Source: an uncultured Gemmatimonadales bacterium
GTDB taxonomy: Bacteria > Gemmatimonadota > Gemmatimonadetes > Longimicrobiales > RSA9
Direction of reading: 5' to 3'
NCBI GenBank assembly: GCA_963741945.1
Contig: CAVUKA010000004.1
Span: forward strand, 32,001-96,000
DNA length: 64,000 nucleotides
Shown: one piece after another, positions 58,743-64,000 of the stretch
How positions within the stretch are numbered: the first letter of the stretch is position 1
How the letters are laid out: every line of letters begins with the position of its first letter
Notes under the pieces: model-generated
Database searches by the model: none
What the model was told of the DNA's origin: nothing
The model's input: the letters and a program-made list of their open reading frames with translations, nothing else
Translations under genes and position numbers: made by a program

Positions 58743-59792
58743 TCAAGACGCAGACGCCGCTCCCCGCTCGTACGACGGTTCCTTGATGCACGCCGCGTAG
58801 TGGCCAGGCCCCTTTTCCGCCAGCGGCGGCGTGATGCGCGCGCATTCGGCGTCCTTCCCTGGATGCGGACAGCGCGGATGGAACGGGCACCCGGACGGCG
58901 GGTCGATCGGGCTCGGCACATCGCCCGGCAGCACGATTCGCTCCCGCTTCCGCCCCGGCTCCGGCACCGGAACGGCCGAGAGAAGCGCGCGCGTGTAGGG
59001 GTGCCTGGGCTCGGATGTCAGCACGCGGGCATCCCCCATCTCCACGATCCTGCCCAGGTACATCACCGCCACCCGGTCACTCACGTGCTCCACCACGCTC
59101 AGGTCGTGCGCGATGAACAAGAACGCCAGTCCCAGTCTCCGCTGCAGGTCCTGCAGCAGGTTCAGCACCTGCGCCTGGACGGAGACATCGAGCGCCGAGA
59201 CCGGCTCGTCGCACACGATGAAGTCCGGTTCGACGCTGAGCGCCCGCGCGATCCCCACGCGCTGCCGCTGCCCGCCGCTGAACTCGTGCGGGTAGCGGGT
59301 GGCGTAGGATGGCCGCAGCCCCACCAACTCCAGAAGCTCCTGCACCCGTCGATCCGCGGCCTCGCCCGTCGCGAGGCCATGTACCTTCAGCACCTCCCGG
59401 ATCGCACCGCCCACGGTCAGCCGCGGGTTCAGCGATGCGAACGGGTCCTGGAAGATGATCTGCGCCTCCCTCCGCAGCGATCGCAGCCCGTCTTCGTCCA
59501 TGCCCAGAACATCGCGACCATGGAAGCGCACCTCGCCCGCCGTGGGCTCCAGCAGCCGGAGGATGGCCCTGCCCGTCGTGGACTTCCCGGACCCCGATTC
59601 CCCCACCAGTCCCAGCGTCTCCCCCGGTCCCACCCAGAACGTCACGCCGTCCACCGCCTTCACGTGCGCGCTGACCCGGGAGAAGAAGCCGCTCCGGATC
59701 GGGAAATACTTCTTCAACCCGCGCACTTCCAGCAGCGCCCCCGCGGGCCGCTCCTCCTCCAGGCGATGCCCCCCCAGCCAGCTCTCGCTCAC
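58743..59792 (-). CDS. Oligopeptide/dipeptide ABC ATP-binding protein (OppF/DppF)
   Basis: [42 protein letters not shown] overlap. Confidence 0.92.
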   Translation of the reverse strand: MSESWLGGHRLEEERPAGALLEVRGLKKYFPIRSGFFSRVSAHVKAVDGVTFWVGPGETLGLVGESGSGKSTTGRAILRLLEPTAGEVRFHGRDVLGMDEDGLRSLRREAQIIFQDPFASLNPRLTVGGAIREVLKVHGLATGEAADRRVQELLELVGLRPSYATRYPHEFSGGQRQRVGIARALSVEPDFIVCDEPVSALDVSVQAQVLNLLQDLQRRLGLAFLFIAHDLSVVEHVSDRVAVMYLGRIVEMGDARVLTSEPRHPYTRALLSAVPVPEPGRKRERIVLPGDVPSPIDPPSGCPFHPRCPHPGKDAECARITPPLAEKGPGHYAACIKEPSYERGAASAS

Positions 59793-60850
59793 CGGTCCCC
59801 CTCCGCGCCCGGTGATTCCGCCACCCCGGGCGTCGCCGGGGAGCCCCCGAACCCGCCACCCGCCCGTCGCACCTCTTCCCGCCGCTCCGGCTCGTCCACC
59901 AGCCAGCAGCGCGCTTCCTGGGATGCGCCGGCGCCGAGGAGCGGCGGGTGCTCCAGACACCGCTCCCAGGCGTACGGGCAGCGGTCGTGGAAACGGCAGC
60001 CTCGGGGCCACGCCGTCGGCGGCGGCACGGTGCCGCGGATCATGGCCAGCTCTCCGCCGCGGCGGTCGGGGCGCGGGATCGCGGCCAGCAGCCCCTCGGT
60101 GTACGGGTGGGCCGGGTGGGCGAAGATGTCGGCCACGCGCCCCTCCTCCACCACTTCGCCGGCATACATGACCACCACGCGCTCGCAGGTCTCCGCCACC
60201 ACCCCCAGGTCGTGCGTGATGAGCATGACGGCCATGCCGAGCCGGTCCCGCAGCCCCAGCAGCAGCTCGAGGATCTGGGCCTGGATCGTCACGTCGAGCG
60301 CCGTGGTCGGCTCGTCGGCGATGAGGAGGTCGGGCTCGTTGGCCAGCGCCATGGCGATCATCACCCGCTGCCGCATCCCGCCCGACAGCTGGTGCGGGTA
60401 CTCGTCGACCCGCCGCCCCGGCACCGGTATGCCCACCAGCTCCAGCAGCTCTATCGCCCGCGCCCTCGCCTCCCTGCGCCCCACCCCCCGGTGCAGGCGC
60501 AGCGCTTCACCGATCTGCTCGCCCACGGGGAAGACCGGATTGAGCGAGGTCATTGGCTCCTGGAAGATCATTGCGATGTCGTTCCCGCGGATCCCGCGCA
60601 TCTCCCTTGCCGACAGCCGCGTCAGCTCGCGACCATCGAACGAGACGCTGCTCCCTTCCTCGATCCGCCCGGGCTCCGGCACCAGGCCCATGATGGAGAG
60701 CGATGTCACGCTCTTTCCGCACCCGCTCTCGCCCACGATGCCCAGGATCTCGCCCTCGCCCACCTCGAAGGACACCCCGTCCACGGCGCGCGCCTCCCCC
60801 TCCTCGGTGTGGAAGTAGGTCCGCAGGTCCCGCACTTCGAGCAGCGCCAT
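59789..60850 (-). CDS. Oligopeptide/dipeptide ABC ATP-binding protein (OppD/DppD)
   Basis: [39 protein letters not shown]. Confidence 0.92.
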   Translation of the reverse strand: MALLEVRDLRTYFHTEEGEARAVDGVSFEVGEGEILGIVGESGCGKSVTSLSIMGLVPEPGRIEEGSSVSFDGRELTRLSAREMRGIRGNDIAMIFQEPMTSLNPVFPVGEQIGEALRLHRGVGRREARARAIELLELVGIPVPGRRVDEYPHQLSGGMRQRVMIAMALANEPDLLIADEPTTALDVTIQAQILELLLGLRDRLGMAVMLITHDLGVVAETCERVVVMYAGEVVEEGRVADIFAHPAHPYTEGLLAAIPRPDRRGGELAMIRGTVPPPTAWPRGCRFHDRCPYAWERCLEHPPLLGAGASQEARCWLVDEPERREEVRRAGGGFGGSPATPGVAESPGAEGDR

Positions 60851-62241
60851 CACGACCTCAGCCGCGGATCGAGGGCGTCGCGCAGACCATCGCCCACCAG
60901 ATTGAACGCGAGCACGGTGACCACCACCGCCAGCCCGGGGAACGTGGCCACCCACCAGGCGCCAATGAGGTTCTGGCGTCCGTCGGCGACCAGCGTGCCC
61001 CAGCTGGGCGTGGGCGGCTGCACGCCCATCCCCAGGAAGCTCAGCCCCGCTTCCAGGACGATGGTGTTCCCAATCCCGAGCGTGGCGGCCACGATCACGG
61101 GCGCCAGCACGTTGGGGATCAGGTGCCGGAGGATGATGCGCGCGCGACCGAAACCGAGTGCCCGGGCGGCCTGGATGTACTCCTGCTCCCTTAGGCTCAG
61201 CACCTCCCCGCGCACCAGCCGGGCAGTGCCCGGCCACTGCGTGAGGCCCAGAACCAGGATGATCAGGAGCAGGCTGGGCTTGAACAGCGCGATGATCATG
61301 ATCAGGAGCACCAGGCGCGGGAACGCCATGACCATGTCCGTGAAGCGCATGATCAGCGCGTCCACCTTCCCGCCCAGGTATCCCGCCACTGCGCCGAGGA
61401 GCGTCCCCAGCACAACGGCAATCGCCACGGCGATGAATCCCACGGCCAGGGAGATCCGTGCGCCGTAGATGATCCGGCTCAGGATGTCGCGCCCGAACTG
61501 GTCGGTGCCGAGAAGGTGCGACACGCCGGGCGCCAGGTAGCTGGTGGTGGTGAGATCGCCCTGCGCCAGCGGGTCGTAGGGCGAGACCAGAGGCGCGAGG
61601 AAGGCCACCAGGTACAGGACCACGATGATCACGAACCCCGCCAGCGCCAGGCGATTGCGTCGGAAATGTCGCGCCGCGATCGCCCACTGTGAAGCGCCGG
61701 CCCCGCCGCCGTCCGCCAGGGCGGCGCGCACCGCCGCTTCGCGCGACCCCTCGCCGGGTGCCGCGGCCGCGGCGGCGGCTCTCGCCCGGGCGTCGGCCGC
61801 GGCCGCATGCCGCAGGTCGCGCAGCGCGCCGAGCCACACCGCCAGCAGCGCCGCGGCGAGCGTGGCCACCGCCACCCAGTCGTCCAGCGAGCCCGTGGCC
61901 GGGGCCGAGGCGATTCCCGCCCGGCCGAACCAGCCGATGCCGACCAGCGCCCCCCACGCCAGCATGAAGCCGAGGCCGCGCACCGCAGAGCCGATCAGGA
62001 CGTGCCCGGCCCCTGGCAGGATTACGGAGAGGACGACGGCGGCCACGGACGCTCCGCCGGCCGGCGCCTCCTCCGCGGGTGCGGCCGCGTTCGCCGTCCG
62101 CATCCCGCCCGCCAGCTCCTCCACCGGCTCCGGCAGACCGCTCTCCGGATCCGCAGCCCGGCCGGGTCCGTGCTCCCCGGCATCGGCCGGGGGCTCTCCG
62201 CCCCCTCGTGGACCTCGCGCCCTGCGCCCGTCGTCAGTCAT
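60850..62241 (-). CDS. Oligopeptide ABC permease (OppC/DppC) with an N-terminal extension
   Basis: [51 protein letters not shown]. Confidence 0.9.
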   Translation of the reverse strand: MTDDGRRARGPRGGGEPPADAGEHGPGRAADPESGLPEPVEELAGGMRTANAAAPAEEAPAGGASVAAVVLSVILPGAGHVLIGSAVRGLGFMLAWGALVGIGWFGRAGIASAPATGSLDDWVAVATLAAALLAVWLGALRDLRHAAAADARARAAAAAAAPGEGSREAAVRAALADGGGAGASQWAIAARHFRRNRLALAGFVIIVVLYLVAFLAPLVSPYDPLAQGDLTTTSYLAPGVSHLLGTDQFGRDILSRIIYGARISLAVGFIAVAIAVVLGTLLGAVAGYLGGKVDALIMRFTDMVMAFPRLVLLIMIIALFKPSLLLIILVLGLTQWPGTARLVRGEVLSLREQEYIQAARALGFGRARIILRHLIPNVLAPVIVAATLGIGNTIVLEAGLSFLGMGVQPPTPSWGTLVADGRQNLIGAWWVATFPGLAVVVTVLAFNLVGDGLRDALDPRLRS

Positions 62242-63217
62242 AACGGATGCGGGGGTCGGCCGCGGCGTAGAGGATGTCGGCCACGAGGGAGCCGAGCACC
62301 ACGACCATGGCGAAGATGAAGCTGGTGGCCATGATCACCGGGTAATCCCGCTGGAAGATGGAATCCACGATCACGCGCCCCATGCCGGGCCAGGAGAAGA
62401 TCACCTCCACGAACACGCTGCCGCTGAACAGCAGGGGGAGATACAGGCCGAGCAGCGTGATCACGGGCAGGAGCGAGTTCCGGAGCGCGTGCTTGAACGT
62501 CACGATGCGCTCGGGCAACCCCTTCGCCCGCGCGGTCCGGATGTAGTCCTGGCGGATGACCTCGAGCATCTGGCCGCGCGTGTAGCGGGCGATCCCGGCG
62601 GCCATGACCAGCGACAGCGTGAGCACCGGGAGCACCAGGTGGACGAGGCGGTCGCCGACTTTCCCCCACACGCCCAGGTAGTCGTAATCCACGCTCGTCA
62701 TCCCCGTGGGCGGCAGCGCGATCGGCAGCCCCCACTCGTGCGCCTTGAGCGACAGGAGCAGCATGAGCATGAGCCCGAGCCAGAACGACGGCATGGAGTA
62801 GAAGAACAGCGACGTGACGCTCAGGATCCGGTCCGCCGCACGGTGCTGCCGCACCGCCTGCCACACGCCCGTCGTCACGCCCAGCACGAAGATCAGGACC
62901 AGAGTGCTCCCCGCCAGGATGAGCGTGGCCGGGAGCGTCTCCTGCACGATGTTCAGGACGGGGCGGCTGCGTGCGTAGGAGTAGCCGAAGTCGCCCGTGA
63001 AGAACGCGGTCAGCCACTTCCAGTAGCGAACCGCCAGCGGCTGGTCCAGTCCGAAGTTCCGCCGGATCTGCTCGATCACCTCCGGCGGCACGTTCTGGTT
63101 GACGTACATGGCCGTGGGGTCGCCCGGGGCGAGGTTCACCACGAAGAAGATGATGGTGGCGATCCCGAGCACGAGAGGGATGGCCCCGAGCAGCCGGCGA
63201 GCGACGTATCGCGCCAT
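62234..63217 (-). CDS. Oligopeptide ABC permease (OppB/DppB)
   Basis: LAPGDP, GLDQP, DYIRTARAKG, HALRNS, RDYPVI, DPRIRY. Confidence 0.93.
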   Translation of the reverse strand: MARYVARRLLGAIPLVLGIATIIFFVVNLAPGDPTAMYVNQNVPPEVIEQIRRNFGLDQPLAVRYWKWLTAFFTGDFGYSYARSRPVLNIVQETLPATLILAGSTLVLIFVLGVTTGVWQAVRQHRAADRILSVTSLFFYSMPSFWLGLMLMLLLSLKAHEWGLPIALPPTGMTSVDYDYLGVWGKVGDRLVHLVLPVLTLSLVMAAGIARYTRGQMLEVIRQDYIRTARAKGLPERIVTFKHALRNSLLPVITLLGLYLPLLFSGSVFVEVIFSWPGMGRVIVDSIFQRDYPVIMATSFIFAMVVVLGSLVADILYAAADPRIRYD

Positions 63218-63235
63218 GGTCCGCTCAGCCCCCGC

Positions 63236-64000
63236 TCAGAACGTGGACCACCGGGGCATGCTCTGGAACTCGCCTCTCTGGTCCATCATCACGCCCCTCA
63301 TGTCGTCGGTGGTACCGGCCAGCTCGTCGAGCCAGAACATGAACGTGAACGGCTGCACCTCCTGCAGCGTGCGCGTGAAGTCGGCCCAGGTCCGCTTCGC
63401 CTCCGCATCCTCCGTTGCCGCCGCCCCCGCCTCGATGAGGCTGTCCAGCCGCGCGCTCCGGACGCCGCTCCGGTTCGCGCTCCCCGGGACATCCGCCTGG
63501 CCGGAGGAGAAGAGCGCGTACGGGGCGGAGGCCACCTGGAAGTTGTCGAGCACCCAGTTGGTCAGGACGGCGTCGAAGTCGCGGCTCTTGTGCTGCGCCA
63601 GCATGGTCTGGAACTCCAGCACCTGGGGCACGGCCGCCACCCCGATCTCCGCGAGCTGGTTCTGCACCACTTCCACGATGGCCCGGTTCAGCGGCCGCTC
63701 GCTGGTCAGCAGCTGGAACCGCAGCGGCGTACCGGCCGCATTCTCGCGCACGCCGTCGCCGTTCCGGTCCACCCATCCGGCCTGCTCCAGCAGCTGCCTG
63801 GACCGGTCAGGATCGTACGGGAGCGGCTCCATCCCGGGATTGAACCGGTGCCACGGCGGGATTGTGCTCGTGGCAGGCTTCCCGTACCCGTGCAGGAGGG
63901 CGTCGATGATCTCCTGGCGATTGATCCCCAGCGTCATGGCACGCCGAACCGTCGCGTCATTGAACGGGGAGCGCTGGTTGTTCCAGCCGATGTAGAAGAC
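63236..64000 (-). CDS. Peptide ABC substrate-binding protein (OppA/DppA, family 5), 5' end outside window
   Basis: VRRAMTLGINRQEII, YDPDRSRQLLEQAGW, DGDG-like loop; upstream of oppBCDF. Confidence 0.88.
   Translation of the reverse strand, partial: VFYIGWNNQRSPFNDATVRRAMTLGINRQEIIDALLHGYGKPATSTIPPWHRFNPGMEPLPYDPDRSRQLLEQAGWVDRNGDGVRENAAGTPLRFQLLTSERPLNRAIVEVVQNQLAEIGVAAVPQVLEFQTMLAQHKSRDFDAVLTNWVLDNFQVASAPYALFSSGQADVPGSANRSGVRSARLDSLIEAGAAATEDAEAKRTWADFTRTLQEVQPFTFMFWLDELAGTTDDMRGVMMDQRGEFQSMPRWSTF

Noticed and set aside
1-64000. rRNA, tRNA, IS, integrase or prophage features
   Set aside because: No recognisable motifs and no obvious composition shift; the window reads as core chromosome.

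Overview
A GC-rich (roughly 70% by eye), densely coding bacterial chromosomal window. The gene repertoire (SusC/SusD pair, DUF2723, two region-1.1-less RpoD paralogues, maeB-pckA, sbcCD, several sigma54-type promoters) suggests Gemmatimonadota; this is inference. Contents in order: an AONS/SPT-family PLP enzyme, susD-susC, trpE, hydantoinase A, an OM beta-barrel, a DUF2723 (TMEM260-like) glycosyltransferase, an EamA transporter, a coupled flavin reductase-membrane/SDR-sbcD-sbcC operon, a cobalamin riboswitch with btuFCDB, an intergenic repeat/hairpin block, DUF4382, rsgA, a sigma factor, PP2C, an HD dNTPase-like protein, a frameshifted TonB-plug lipoprotein, pckA, maeB, a BamA-like-methyltransferase-FAD oxidoreductase-SRPBCC-ketosynthase cluster, a second sigma factor, ssb, an RND pump, polA, csp, a prenol kinase-like protein, an SLT, exbB and an opp/dpp operon. 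No rRNA, tRNA, CRISPR array, transposase or phage gene was seen. The best leads are a putative general protein O-mannosylation system (DUF2723 plus D-S/T-A/L/V sequons enriched in exported proteins), the ACP-less ketosynthase/cyclase cluster, the SDR fusion coupled to sbcCD, the missing canonical start of btuF inside the riboswitch platform, and a set of sigma54 promoters. All calls come from reading motifs by eye; no searches were run.
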